A stretch of DNA of 64,000 nucleotides from an uncultured Muribaculaceae bacterium (GTDB lineage Bacteria; Bacteroidota; Bacteroidia; Bacteroidales; Muribaculaceae), in NCBI GenBank assembly GCA_910586975.1, contig CAJUKX010000011.1, positions 9,520 through 73,519 of the forward strand. Reading direction: 5' to 3'. Positions 9,952 to 19,755 of this stretch are shown one piece after another (position 1 is the stretch's first letter; each line of letters starts with the position of its first letter). A program made the position numbers and the translations under genes. Under the pieces are notes generated by a model. That model saw only the letters and a list, made by a program, of their open reading frames with translations, was not told the DNA's origin and made no database searches.

Positions 9952-10788
9952 TCAACTCTCTGAGTGATATTCCACCAGTCCGGGCATGGAATTGGGAATA
10001 ATTTTGGCAATCTTGGCTCCAAAATCCTCGGCTGCACGCTCAAGCACACTCTGGAATGAAACCGCGGTCGACCCTACGAAGCACAGCGGATTGTTCTTGT
10101 AGTCGTAAGCCTTGATATTGCGGTTGAAGAAACTCATGAAACCGTCGTACACAAGCTTGTATACGTATGGATTTGAGAGATTGTCGGCCAGGAACGGGGC
10201 AAAACGGGCCAGCGAGCGCGAGGGTAAGGAATTGGTATATACCTCGTCCATCAGTATGTTCTGGTTGACGTTGAAAGCCGCCAGAAACTGTGTCTTGATA
10301 TCGGCCGGGGCTATGCCTTTGAGCACATCGGCGATGAGTCGCTTGCCCATATATGCGCTTGAGCCTTCGTCGCCGAGGATAAATCCCAGCGGCGGCACAT
10401 TCTTCACTATTTCCTCGCCGTCGTAATAGCAGGAGTTTGAACCGGTGCCTATGATGCAGGCCAATCCGGGTTTGCGTACCAGCAGGCCGCGTGCAGCCCC
10501 GAGCAAGTCGCTCTCCACAGTCACCGGTGTGCGGAACTGAGCCACCAGCGACGACTCCATGATTTTGTTTTTCTCCTTGTTGGCGCATCCGGCACCATAG
10601 AAATAAACATGGTCGCAACGACGGCGGAAAAATGCTTCGGGTAGTTCGAGACGTATACTGTGTGACAATTCGCGGCGGGTCTGGAAGTACGGATTCAGAC
10701 CGGTGGTGAACGCGTGTTCCACCACTTCCTTACCGTCGACGATAGTCCATTCAGTACGAGTGCTGCTGCTCTCTGCTATTACTTTCAT
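9952..10788 (-). CDS. BadF/BadG/BcrA/BcrD-type ATPase / N-acetylglucosamine kinase-like protein
   Basis: IAESSSTRTEW, YFYGAGC, IIGTGSN and LGDEGS motifs. Confidence 0.85.
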   Translation of the reverse strand: MKVIAESSSTRTEWTIVDGKEVVEHAFTTGLNPYFQTRRELSHSIRLELPEAFFRRRCDHVYFYGAGCANKEKNKIMESSLVAQFRTPVTVESDLLGAARGLLVRKPGLACIIGTGSNSCYYDGEEIVKNVPPLGFILGDEGSSAYMGKRLIADVLKGIAPADIKTQFLAAFNVNQNILMDEVYTNSLPSRSLARFAPFLADNLSNPYVYKLVYDGFMSFFNRNIKAYDYKNNPLCFVGSTAVSFQSVLERAAEDFGAKIAKIIPNSMPGLVEYHSES

Positions 10789-10794
10789 GATTGT

Positions 10795-11529
10795 TTATAT
10801 TAGTTCATTTCCGATCTTGCCATCGAGAGCCGCGCGATGACGCAGATAATCTTTTGATGCAAGATAGCGGTTGATTGACTCAAGGTGCGAGCTGCGGTGA
10901 AGGTCGGTGCCCACATAGTCCACCATTCCCTTTTCAATCAGATATTCGGCAAAACGCTTCTCATCGCGGCCATAGTGTCCGGCCAGACTCAGAATATTGA
11001 TTTGGAATGCTGTACCGGCATTGTGTATAGTGGTATAGCGGTCTTTTTTGCCGTAATAATATGAATATCGCTCGGGATGGACGAGTATGGGACGATAACC
11101 CTTGACCTGAAGGTCAAACAGAACCTGGTCGAGATTCCACGGTTCAAGCATAAACGAGTTCTCTACAAGGAGTCGGTTGCCCGGAAGCACCATCAGTGTA
11201 CCGTCCTTGAAGTTCTGCATAAACAGGTCGTCAATGCGATTCTCAGCCGAATGACCCAGTATGATGGAATTGCCTCTGCGGCTTAGTTCGGCCTGCAATT
11301 CGTCAAGAGCCTTGTCGGCGGTTTCCTTGGTATTTGGAAACACCTGATCGGTGACGTGAGGCGATGCGAAGATGCGTTCAATGCCCATTTCCTGCATGCC
11401 TTCAATCAATGCCACAGAAGTCTCGACATCGGGCGAACCGTCGTCGATACCGGGCAATATATGGCAATGTATATCGGTCTTGAAAAATAATTTTTCGGGT
11501 GTCGACCTACGAGAAAAAAAATTAAACAT
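10795..11529 (-). CDS. CpsB/CapC-family (PHP) tyrosine-protein phosphatase
   Basis: DIHCHILPGIDDG, HPERY and GTDLH motifs. Confidence 0.9.
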   Translation of the reverse strand: MFNFFSRRSTPEKLFFKTDIHCHILPGIDDGSPDVETSVALIEGMQEMGIERIFASPHVTDQVFPNTKETADKALDELQAELSRRGNSIILGHSAENRIDDLFMQNFKDGTLMVLPGNRLLVENSFMLEPWNLDQVLFDLQVKGYRPILVHPERYSYYYGKKDRYTTIHNAGTAFQINILSLAGHYGRDEKRFAEYLIEKGMVDYVGTDLHRSSHLESINRYLASKDYLRHRAALDGKIGNELI

Positions 11530-11652
11530 TGAATAATAATCTAAGAATGCGAATGCAAAGTTACAAAAAATAGAGCCACTTTACAATTTTTAGGCTCATA
11601 AAAGAAAAACAATTATCCCTGGCAAAATGTCTTTATAGAAGGAGGACGTAAT

Positions 11653-12705
11653 ATGCACAAATACGATTTCAAAAAGCTGTTTTGCGAGGTATTTCCCACT
11701 TCTGAGGAATGGACACGCTGGTTTTTCGACTCTGTGGTAGACGAAAACGATCTGCTCGGCATCGAAAACGAGGGCCGCACGGTATCGGCACTGATGATTA
11801 ATTCATACCCCTTTGTATATCAAGGCTCTACCCTGCCATCGTCGTATATCTCGTGCGTGGCCACCACCCGCAGTCAGCGAGGGCGCGGACTTATGAGCGA
11901 GCTGATGCACAGCGCCTTGATTGCCTCAGCCGAGCGCGGCGACGCCTTTGCCACTCTTATACCGGCAAGCCGACGCCTGTACTTTTTCTATGATAAATTC
12001 GGATTCTCCACAGTATTCTACATAGACGAGAAACGATATACCTCGCTCCACACCTTTGACGTGCATGACGGCTACAGCGAGGTGGATCCGGACTACGACA
12101 TGTTTCACCGGCTTGAGATGCGTCGTGCATGCGGTGTGATACACGACCGGCTGCGCTACTCGCAGATTGTGACCGACCTGCAAATAGACAAAGGCATCAT
12201 AGTAGCCGTGAGCGACGGAGCAGGCAACGAAGCAATGGCATTTGCCGAGGTGGGCAGCGAGATACATGTGCTCGACCTGCCGGCTTCATCGCCCGAGGCA
12301 GAAGAAGCCGTATTGGGCGTATTGCGCGCCAAAGCCGGCGAAAAGTCCATCATCGTAATGGGATATCCGGCTCAGGTGGCTTCGGCTGATACATACGGCG
12401 GTGCCAAACTGCGTTCACGCGCCATGCTGCGTATCATTAACGTGGAAAAAGTACTGTCGGCTCTGGCCGATGCTAATCCCGATATCAGGAACATAATGCG
12501 CATACACGACCCCATAATTGCAGATAACAATGCGACATTTGAACTGCGCGGCGGCACATGCAAGCGCATCGACCCCGACGACCGCCACATCGACCTTGAC
12601 GTAAGCATCGACGTACTGGCCCGAGTGCTGTTCTCCGCACCCTCGGTAGGCGACATATTCGGAATTGCCACCCGCCGCCCCTTCATGTCGCTGATGCTTG
12701 ATTAA
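11653..12705 (+). CDS. GNAT family N-acetyltransferase (Eis-like, with SCP2-like C-terminus)
   Basis: QRGRGLMSELM acetyl-CoA motif, FYDKFGF, C-terminal IHDPIIADNN...MSLMLD. Confidence 0.85.
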   Translation: MHKYDFKKLFCEVFPTSEEWTRWFFDSVVDENDLLGIENEGRTVSALMINSYPFVYQGSTLPSSYISCVATTRSQRGRGLMSELMHSALIASAERGDAFATLIPASRRLYFFYDKFGFSTVFYIDEKRYTSLHTFDVHDGYSEVDPDYDMFHRLEMRRACGVIHDRLRYSQIVTDLQIDKGIIVAVSDGAGNEAMAFAEVGSEIHVLDLPASSPEAEEAVLGVLRAKAGEKSIIVMGYPAQVASADTYGGAKLRSRAMLRIINVEKVLSALADANPDIRNIMRIHDPIIADNNATFELRGGTCKRIDPDDRHIDLDVSIDVLARVLFSAPSVGDIFGIATRRPFMSLMLD

Positions 12706-12736
12706 TTTCCAACTATATGCGGTGTGAGTTGTTATA

Positions 12737-12900
12737 AGAGTGTATTTACTTTTAACTCGCGTTAAGGCTGAGAGAATTTTTTGAATGATTTTCGCAAGTT
12801 GAAGATGGAGCATAGCGAGCTATGCGACTGATGAAACTTGGCGGAAAGCATCAAAAAAGGCCTCAGGATTAATGCGAAACTCTTGAAATAAATACATTCT
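12737..12900 (+). mobile_element. 164-bp palindromic intergenic element (ERIC/RPE-like putative MITE), divergent copy
   Basis: Nested inverted arms around the core TGAAGATGGAGCATAGC-GA-GCTATGCGACTGATGAA, related to the cores at 25914 and 29926. Confidence 0.6.
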
Positions 12901-12970
12901 TTATTTAAAACTTAAATCGTGTGTTAAAAGTAAACCCACTCTAAGTATATAACGTAAAAACTAAACGATT

Positions 12971-13192
12971 ATGAGTAAACATGGAACAGATGTGGCAATA
13001 GGAGTTTTGAGTGCCTTTGCCGTATGTCTGATTATCGCCATTGTGGCTATTCTTTCTTTTGGCCCTGCCGAAGGCGAAAGGCTCAATTATCAAGTTGATG
13101 ACAATGAAACTGCCATCGAAAATACCATGGACTATGGAATGAGAATCGCCCCTGAGAGCGCATATTTCCTTGAAGTTGACGTAGTGGAATAA
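12971..13192 (+). CDS. Small hypothetical protein with one N-terminal transmembrane segment
   Basis: 73 aa, ATG after an A-rich leader, hydrophobic stretch at residues ~8-30, acidic tail. Confidence 0.6.
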   Translation: MSKHGTDVAIGVLSAFAVCLIIAIVAILSFGPAEGERLNYQVDDNETAIENTMDYGMRIAPESAYFLEVDVVE

Positions 13193-13196
13193 TCCC

Positions 13197-13670
13197 TTAT
13201 TTCCTTAATTCACGGGCGACCAGGTCGGGTTCAAATCCACGCGAGACGGCGAAGCGAAACAGCTTTGTCCGTCCCTCGTATGTATCTGCGTCGGCCAGTG
13301 TGCGACGTTTTGAATCGAGAGCCCGTCGCAGGCTTTCGATATATTTTTCATCGTCGTATTCGTCGAGGGCTTCATTTATGATATCGCGAGCCACGCGCTT
13401 CTGATACAAGCCCATGGCAACCTTGCGCTTACCCCATTTTGAGAATTCTATCTTATAGCGCACGTATATACGCGCAAACCGTGCATCGTCTATAAAACGT
13501 GCCTTTATCATTGCGCTGACTATGCGGTCGGCCTCATCGGGGTATATACCCCATTTTATCAATTTCTGACGTATCTCGCCTGCCGAATGTTCGGCACGGG
13601 CGCACAGTTCCTCTGCCTTGATTTGCGCATCGCGGGGAGTGATAGGTTTCTTTGGTTTCATCGCCGGCAA
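13197..13670 (-). CDS. recX: Regulatory protein RecX
   Basis: CARAEHS, FIDDARFA, KWGKRK and SRGFE motifs. Confidence 0.92.
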   Translation of the reverse strand: MPAMKPKKPITPRDAQIKAEELCARAEHSAGEIRQKLIKWGIYPDEADRIVSAMIKARFIDDARFARIYVRYKIEFSKWGKRKVAMGLYQKRVARDIINEALDEYDDEKYIESLRRALDSKRRTLADADTYEGRTKLFRFAVSRGFEPDLVARELRK

Positions 13671-14503
13671 ACTGCAAATCTGTTTTTACCGTAGGCATCC
13701 CTCGATATGTCGCAGCTGAATCCCTTCTCTGCCATCATCGAGGTCAATTGTCCGGCAAACAATGGATTTATCTCAAAATACAGGCTTCCGCCGGCGCTGA
13801 GGGCACCGAGGGCATAGTCGGCTATCGCCTTGTAGAACCGCAAGGGGTCATCGTCGGGCACAAACAATGCCTGTGCAGGCTCGTAGTCCTTTACACGCGT
13901 TTCCATGTCTTTTTTCTCATCCTCTACAATGTAAGGCGGATTAGACACTATTATGTCGTACTTCTGCGCCGGCAAGGGCAGAGGACCAAGAATGTCGGCC
14001 TTGATAAAGTTGATTTTGCACATTAGTTTGGCGGCATTCTCGCGTGCCACGTCCAGAGCATCGCCGCTGATATCCACAGCATCGACTTCGGCAAAGGGCA
14101 GTGCGCGCGACAGGGCTATGGCAATACAGCCGCTGCCTGTGCCGAGGTCGCTCACGTGCAGCCCGGTCTTGCCGCTGTTGTCATCTACAATCATATCTAC
14201 CAGCCCGGCGGTCTCGGGGCGTGGAATCAGTGTGGCCGGAGTCACCTTGAGGTCCATCCCCATGAAATGCGCCGAGCCGATAATGTATTGCGGCGGCTCA
14301 CCGGCCTTGATCTGCGATATGAAACGGCCGTAGCGGGTGATGGTCTCGGGTTCGAGCACACGGTCGCCCCTAAGAGCCAGAACCGCCGGCGTCACCCCAA
14401 GGTCATCCTCAAGCAACAGACGTGCTGTTGCCTTAGCTTCGTTTGCACCGAGCGAAGGCGACAGTTCGTCTATTATTTTTCGATATAATTCGGTTAGTGT
14501 CAT
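13658..14503 (-). CDS. prmC: Release factor glutamine methyltransferase
   Basis: LIPRPET, DLGTGSG, SNPPY. Confidence 0.96.
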   Translation of the reverse strand: MTLTELYRKIIDELSPSLGANEAKATARLLLEDDLGVTPAVLALRGDRVLEPETITRYGRFISQIKAGEPPQYIIGSAHFMGMDLKVTPATLIPRPETAGLVDMIVDDNSGKTGLHVSDLGTGSGCIAIALSRALPFAEVDAVDISGDALDVARENAAKLMCKINFIKADILGPLPLPAQKYDIIVSNPPYIVEDEKKDMETRVKDYEPAQALFVPDDDPLRFYKAIADYALGALSAGGSLYFEINPLFAGQLTSMMAEKGFSCDISRDAYGKNRFAVCRR

Positions 14504-15729
14504 TATTTATTATCCTCAGCTTCTTCCTCAACGTCTTCATCCCAGAATTGGTCGTCATCGTCGTCGTAGTCGAAGTCGGCTCCCCAGCTGTCAGCTGATA
14601 TGCTCTGCAGGTCTTCTGCTTCTTCCTCTTCTTCGGCAGTGGGTTCGTATTCGAAAATGAAGTCGTCCTCCTCCTTCACGCGGTGGCTTTCGGCCAGGTC
14701 CTGATGAGAAATATCTACGGTGGCCAGACGGTTTGAATCGTCGGTAACGGCACGCCACAGCACGTCTTTAAGTTCTTGTATGCCCTGACCTGTAACAGCC
14801 GAGATAAATACGTAAGGCACACCCTCGGGCAGTGTCTTGCGCAGTTCCTCGGTCAGCTCCTCGTCGAGCATATCACTCTTTGAGATGGCCAGAATGCGGT
14901 GTTTGTCGAGCAACTGCGGATTGAATTGCTTAAGCTCGTTGAGAAGCACTTCGTAGTCCTTGGCTATATCGTCTGAATCGGCCGGCACCATAAACAACAG
15001 CACGGCATTTCGTTCGATATGACGCAGGAATCTGAGTCCGAGTCCCTTACCCTCGCTTGCGCCTTCGATAATACCGGGTATGTCGGCCATCACAAACGAG
15101 CGGTTGTCGCGGTAGCTGACAATGCCAAGCTGAGGCTCCATGGTTGTGAAGGGATAGTCGGCAATCTTGGGACGGGCAGCCGACACGGCCGACAGCAGTG
15201 TTGACTTGCCGGCGTTGGGAAATCCTACCAGACCCACATCGGCGAGCACTTTAAGTTCAAGAATTATAGACTTCTCAATAGCGGGTTCGCCGGGCTGAGC
15301 ATAGCGCGGAGTGCGGTTTGTGGCCGACTTGAAGTGCCAGTTGCCAAGGCCACCGCGACCACCTTTGAGCAGTTTAATCTCCTGACCGTCAAATGTGACT
15401 TCGGCAAGGTATTTGCCGGTCTCGGCATCGAATACCACAGTACCGCAAGGTACATCAACCACCACATCCTCGCCGTCTTTACCAAATGAACGTCCGGCCG
15501 AGCCGCTTTGTCCGTTTCCGGCAAAAATATGTCGGCGGTAGCGCAGCGGGAGCAGAGTCCACATGTGCGAATTGCCCCTTAGTATGATATGACCGCCACG
15601 GCCGCCGTCGCCGCCGTCGGGTCCGCCCTTGGGTACATACTTGGCTCTGTGGAAATGACGCGAGCCGGCACCGCCCTTACCCGAGCGGCAAAGAATCTTT
15701 ACATAATCTATAAAATTTGAATCTGCCAT
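14503..15729 (-). CDS. obgE: GTPase ObgE/CgtA
   Basis: Gly-rich Obg fold ([12 protein letters not shown]), [12 protein letters not shown]; acidic tail. Confidence 0.97.
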   Translation of the reverse strand: MADSNFIDYVKILCRSGKGGAGSRHFHRAKYVPKGGPDGGDGGRGGHIILRGNSHMWTLLPLRYRRHIFAGNGQSGSAGRSFGKDGEDVVVDVPCGTVVFDAETGKYLAEVTFDGQEIKLLKGGRGGLGNWHFKSATNRTPRYAQPGEPAIEKSIILELKVLADVGLVGFPNAGKSTLLSAVSAARPKIADYPFTTMEPQLGIVSYRDNRSFVMADIPGIIEGASEGKGLGLRFLRHIERNAVLLFMVPADSDDIAKDYEVLLNELKQFNPQLLDKHRILAISKSDMLDEELTEELRKTLPEGVPYVFISAVTGQGIQELKDVLWRAVTDDSNRLATVDISHQDLAESHRVKEEDDFIFEYEPTAEEEEEAEDLQSISADSWGADFDYDDDDDQFWDEDVEEEAEDNK

Positions 15730-15733
15730 AACT

Positions 15734-16798
15734 TCAATTTATTTTTTTAGACGACAGGCTCTTGTGATGACGCATCAGTTCGGCGGCCTGCCTGAAATCG
15801 GCGGGTGACCCCACGTCGATCCATGTGCCTTTTATAGGATAATATGCCACTTTGCCCCCGGCTGCTATGGTGCGGTCGATAAGGTCGGTGGCATCTGTTC
15901 GTTCGTCGGCCGAGAGTGTGGCCAGTACATGGTTGCCAAACATATATATACCGGCGTTGGCGTAGTATGAGTACAGCGGTTTTTCTTTCAAACCCGTCAC
16001 ACGGTCGCCGTCAAGGTCGAGAATGGCGTATGGAACCGTCACCTGATACGGAATAACGGCTATGGTTATGTCGGCCCCGGCTTCCTTATGCCTGAGGTAC
16101 AGATCCTCAAACGATATGGATGTGAGCAGATCGGAGTTCATCACAAGGGTATCGCCCTCGGGGCTTCTCTCGATCAATGCAGCCGACCCTATGGTACCGA
16201 GCGGCTTGGTCTCTTCGACACATTTAACCTGCACACCTGCTACGGGAGCGGCAAAGTGGTCGGCTATCTGCTCGGCAAGGTAGCGTGTGGTCACGCAAAT
16301 ATCTTTTACGCCCACCTCGGCCAGTGCCTCGATGTTATAGTCTATGATGGCCTTGCCCTCAATCTCAAGCAGTGGTTTGGGACGTGTGAGGGTGAGCGGA
16401 CGCAGACGCTCTCCTTTGCCTCCGGCCATCAGTACAGCACTAACCGGCAGACGGTTGTATGTCTTGTTGAGGTCAATCACATCCTCAATGCGTCCGTCGC
16501 GGTCAAGACAGGGCACAAGAATTATTCCCATCTCACGTAAAGATTTCAGCATGGCCACGGTATCGCCGTCCTGGCCGGGGCGCAAAGCCTTGAACCGGCG
16601 GTTCACAGCCATTGCGGCCGGAGCGTCGAGCGCGAGTCCGCCGAGCAGGGCGCGGCGCACATCTCCGTCGGTGAGGGTGCCGGTCATCACTCCATCACCA
16701 TCTACAACAAATAGGGTCATGGAGCTGCCCGAAAGCCCGTTGAGCCGGTCGAGAGCTTCGAGTATCGTGGCTTCTGAGTTGAGGATATGTCTGTTCAT
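15734..16798 (-). CDS. CBS-domain nucleotidyltransferase (PtmE/LegX-like sugar-1-phosphate guanylyltransferase)
   Basis: N-terminal CBS pair ([10 protein letters not shown]), [13 protein letters not shown]...PKPL. Confidence 0.88.
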   Translation of the reverse strand: MNRHILNSEATILEALDRLNGLSGSSMTLFVVDGDGVMTGTLTDGDVRRALLGGLALDAPAAMAVNRRFKALRPGQDGDTVAMLKSLREMGIILVPCLDRDGRIEDVIDLNKTYNRLPVSAVLMAGGKGERLRPLTLTRPKPLLEIEGKAIIDYNIEALAEVGVKDICVTTRYLAEQIADHFAAPVAGVQVKCVEETKPLGTIGSAALIERSPEGDTLVMNSDLLTSISFEDLYLRHKEAGADITIAVIPYQVTVPYAILDLDGDRVTGLKEKPLYSYYANAGIYMFGNHVLATLSADERTDATDLIDRTIAAGGKVAYYPIKGTWIDVGSPADFRQAAELMRHHKSLSSKKIN

Positions 16799-16833
16799 AT
16801 TTTATTACCTCTTATTATAACAATATTTTAATT

Positions 16834-17532
16834 CTATAGTTTGGCCGACTGCGACATCAGAGCCTCGGCCACAAGCCAGTCGGTGGGAGTGTCGAGGTCA
16901 ACCGAACGGGCGGCAGGCATCACCGAGGGTATTCTCTTGCCGAATGCGCCCATGGGCATGGCTCTGAGCGATGCGGGGTTTATCACATACACCGCGCCGT
17001 TATATTCCCAGGCAGCCGGTGCATCCTGGCGACGCACAAGCAGGCCGTCGCCTTTGGAGATGTGCAGATATCCTGTGGCAGGATCAGTCTCGAAACAGTT
17101 GTAATAAGGATTGGCCGAAGCTTCTTTCACACTCACCACCATATCTACATCAGGCGAATAAAGCTCAAGGGCAGCTTTTATGTCGTCGGCTGTACGCAGG
17201 GGCGATGTGGGCTGCAACAGCACCACACAGTCGTATGCTATACCGCGGCTGTCGGCCCAGTCCATGGCATCGAGCATCATCTCGCGGCTGCCGGCGGTGT
17301 CGGTGGCTAGATGTGCCGGACGCATATACTCCACCTCCAGCCCGAGCGAGCGGGCGGTGTCGGCTATCTCCGCGTCATCTGTCGAGAGAATAATAGAGCT
17401 GTCGGGCGCACCTGCGGCTCTCGCAGCGTCTATGCTGTAAGCTATGAGCGGACGGCCGCCAAGCAGCTTGATATTCTTGCGGGGTATGCCTTTGCTCCCT
17501 CCCCGCGCAGGAATTATATACAGAGGTGTCAT
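16834..17532 (-). CDS. neuA: Acylneuraminate (nonulosonate) cytidylyltransferase
   Basis: IPARGGSKGIPRKN, LLQPTSPLR, NGAVY. Confidence 0.88.
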   Translation of the reverse strand: MTPLYIIPARGGSKGIPRKNIKLLGGRPLIAYSIDAARAAGAPDSSIILSTDDAEIADTARSLGLEVEYMRPAHLATDTAGSREMMLDAMDWADSRGIAYDCVVLLQPTSPLRTADDIKAALELYSPDVDMVVSVKEASANPYYNCFETDPATGYLHISKGDGLLVRRQDAPAAWEYNGAVYVINPASLRAMPMGAFGKRIPSVMPAARSVDLDTPTDWLVAEALMSQSAKL

Positions 17533-18686
17533 AAATCATAAAATTTTTTAGGCTCAACCGGCAGTGTGTCCATAAATTCGAGTACAGTCTCAGCAGCCAG
17601 TTCCAATGTATTCTCCTTGCAGTAAGGATTTGGCGAGCGGCGGGCATCCTCAACGAATGTGGGATTGAGAGCCTTGTTAACGGCTTCTTCAATCATGTCG
17701 GCAGAGTCGCCGCAGTCTATCACGAGCGGGCTGTGCAGGCGTCCGCGCTGCCTTATGCCTATGTTTACCGCAGGGGTGCCGGCGGCCGGGACTTCAATAA
17801 TCGCGCTCGATGAATTTCCCACCACCACAGCGGCCATGCTTATGGCGCTGAGATAGCGGTGCATACCGAGCGTCTTCACCAATGCGACCCTTCCGGCAGA
17901 GCGTGCGGCCCATAATTTAAGCACCTCGATTATCTCCTCGTTTCCGGCATCATTATTCGGGTAAGTGGCTATTATGTTGAGCTGCGGGAAGCGGTCGAGA
18001 GCCTCGACCATAGCCCGGCAACGCTCGGCGGGCGCCACACGGTCGAGAGTAGCTGGATGGAATGTAACTACTGCAAACGGTACTGAAGCATCCAAGCCCA
18101 GACTGTCGCACAGTTCGGCTCGGCTGATACGGGGCTGATTCATCAGGTTCCATACGCCGAGTGCGCCGGTATTTACCACGCGGTCGGGGTACTCGCCAAG
18201 TTGTATCACGCGGCGGCGGTATTCGTCGGTTGCGGTAAGGTGCAGGGTCGACAGTTTGGTGATTGCGTGGCGCAGAGAATCGTCTATGGCGCCCTCGGAT
18301 ATCTCGCCGCCATGCAGATGAATAATGGGTATACCCATCACTGCCGCGGCCGAGGCTACGGCCATCATCTCGTATCTGTCGCCGAGCAGCAGCAGGGCAT
18401 CGGGTTTGAGCCGGCCCAGAGCGGCGGCGGTGCCCCCAAGGCATACGCCCATGGCTTCGGCGCGCTTTTCGGGCGAATCGCCGGCATCGGGCATAGGCAC
18501 ACGGGCATCCACGTCAAAGCCTGCCGCCAAAATTTCGTCTATGGTATGACCGTATGTATCCATCAGGTGCATGTTGGTTGCAAGAATCTGCAACCGCACC
18601 CGACCGCTGTCGCGCAAAGCTTCGGCCAGAGGTCGCAGAATCCCCCAGTCGGCACGCGTACTCGTAGCTATACATAAGGTCTTCAT
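17529..18686 (-). CDS. neuC: Hydrolysing NDP-N-acetylhexosamine 2-epimerase (NeuC/LegG type)
   Basis: TRADWG, LGDRYE, HLHGGE, GNSSS. Confidence 0.9.
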   Translation of the reverse strand: MKTLCIATSTRADWGILRPLAEALRDSGRVRLQILATNMHLMDTYGHTIDEILAAGFDVDARVPMPDAGDSPEKRAEAMGVCLGGTAAALGRLKPDALLLLGDRYEMMAVASAAAVMGIPIIHLHGGEISEGAIDDSLRHAITKLSTLHLTATDEYRRRVIQLGEYPDRVVNTGALGVWNLMNQPRISRAELCDSLGLDASVPFAVVTFHPATLDRVAPAERCRAMVEALDRFPQLNIIATYPNNDAGNEEIIEVLKLWAARSAGRVALVKTLGMHRYLSAISMAAVVVGNSSSAIIEVPAAGTPAVNIGIRQRGRLHSPLVIDCGDSADMIEEAVNKALNPTFVEDARRSPNPYCKENTLELAAETVLEFMDTLPVEPKKFYDL

Positions 18687-18700
18687 ACCCTGAAATAGAA

Positions 18701-19579
18701 TTACATAACGTTGAGCACCTGCTCCTTGATTTGTTCGAGCACGTCTTTCATCTTCACAACTATGCGCTGCATGCCGGCATGATTGCTCTTTGAGCCAAGT
18801 GTATTGATCTCACGGCCCATTTCCTGAGCGATGAATCCGAGTTTCTTGCCCTGACCCGGCTCGCCTTCCATAGTTTCGATGAAATAGCGCAGGTGCTGAC
18901 CCAGACGCTGGCGTTCTTCGTTCACATCGAGCTTTTCGATATAGAAAATCATTTCCTGTTCCAGACGACCTTTGTCGTACTCGGCCACGGGTATGCGGGC
19001 AAGTCCTTCTTCAATACGCGCACGGATTTTAGGCACGCGCTCAGCCTCGTAAGGCTCTATTTCCTTGAGCAGGTCGGTAATGGTCTTTATACGGGGGGCA
19101 AAGAATTCTTCCAGTCTGCGGCCCTCGGCACGGCGATACTCCATAAGAGCCTCGATAGCCATATCGGTGGCGGTTATCACAGCCTGATGCAGTTCGGGCG
19201 AATTCTCATCCTCGGCATCGGTCACGGTAACGTCGGGGAAACGCATCAGCACCGACATCCAGTCAAAAGGCTCCTTTATCTCCAGAGTCTTTACAGCTTC
19301 ATCAATCTGAGCCTTATAAGCCTGAAGAGCCGGCATATTAAGTTTTACCTGAGTATTGGCTCCATTGAGGTTTTCCATTGATACTATGACATCCACCTTG
19401 CCACGCTGCAGGCTGTGTGCCACTACATTACGCATTTCAAGCTCATAGTGACGCAAAGCCATCGGCACTCGCGCGTTGATATCCATCTGTTTGGAATTCA
19501 GCGACTTGATTTCTACGGTTATTTTTTTATTTGGAGCCTCGGCCGAAGCCTTGCCGAAGCCCGTCATTGACAATAGCAT
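18701..19579 (-). CDS. yicC: YicC/YloC family endoribonuclease
   Basis: SMTGFG, EIKSLNS, QEMGREINTLGSK, EQIKEQVLNV. Confidence 0.95.
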   Translation of the reverse strand: MLLSMTGFGKASAEAPNKKITVEIKSLNSKQMDINARVPMALRHYELEMRNVVAHSLQRGKVDVIVSMENLNGANTQVKLNMPALQAYKAQIDEAVKTLEIKEPFDWMSVLMRFPDVTVTDAEDENSPELHQAVITATDMAIEALMEYRRAEGRRLEEFFAPRIKTITDLLKEIEPYEAERVPKIRARIEEGLARIPVAEYDKGRLEQEMIFYIEKLDVNEERQRLGQHLRYFIETMEGEPGQGKKLGFIAQEMGREINTLGSKSNHAGMQRIVVKMKDVLEQIKEQVLNVM

Positions 19580-19755
19580 AAATATTAATTTTACAATAAT
19601 TTCACAAAATTACAAAAAAAATTAATAAGCTCTGCAATTAGAACTTGTTTAAAATTTTTTTCATTTAATATTTGCATTTTTCATTTGTGTATTGTTACTT
19701 TGCATATTGTATTTCAGAATGAAAAATTATTTGACCCTTTAACTGACTTATATAC

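Noticed and set aside
12828..12880. Hammerhead-ribozyme-like CTGATGA...GAAAC
   Set aside because: The bases following CTGATGA do not pair with those preceding GAAAC (no stem II); the motif is explained by the palindromic element core.
14503..14680. Low-complexity TCN-rich stretch
   Set aside because: It simply encodes the acidic C-terminal tail of ObgE.
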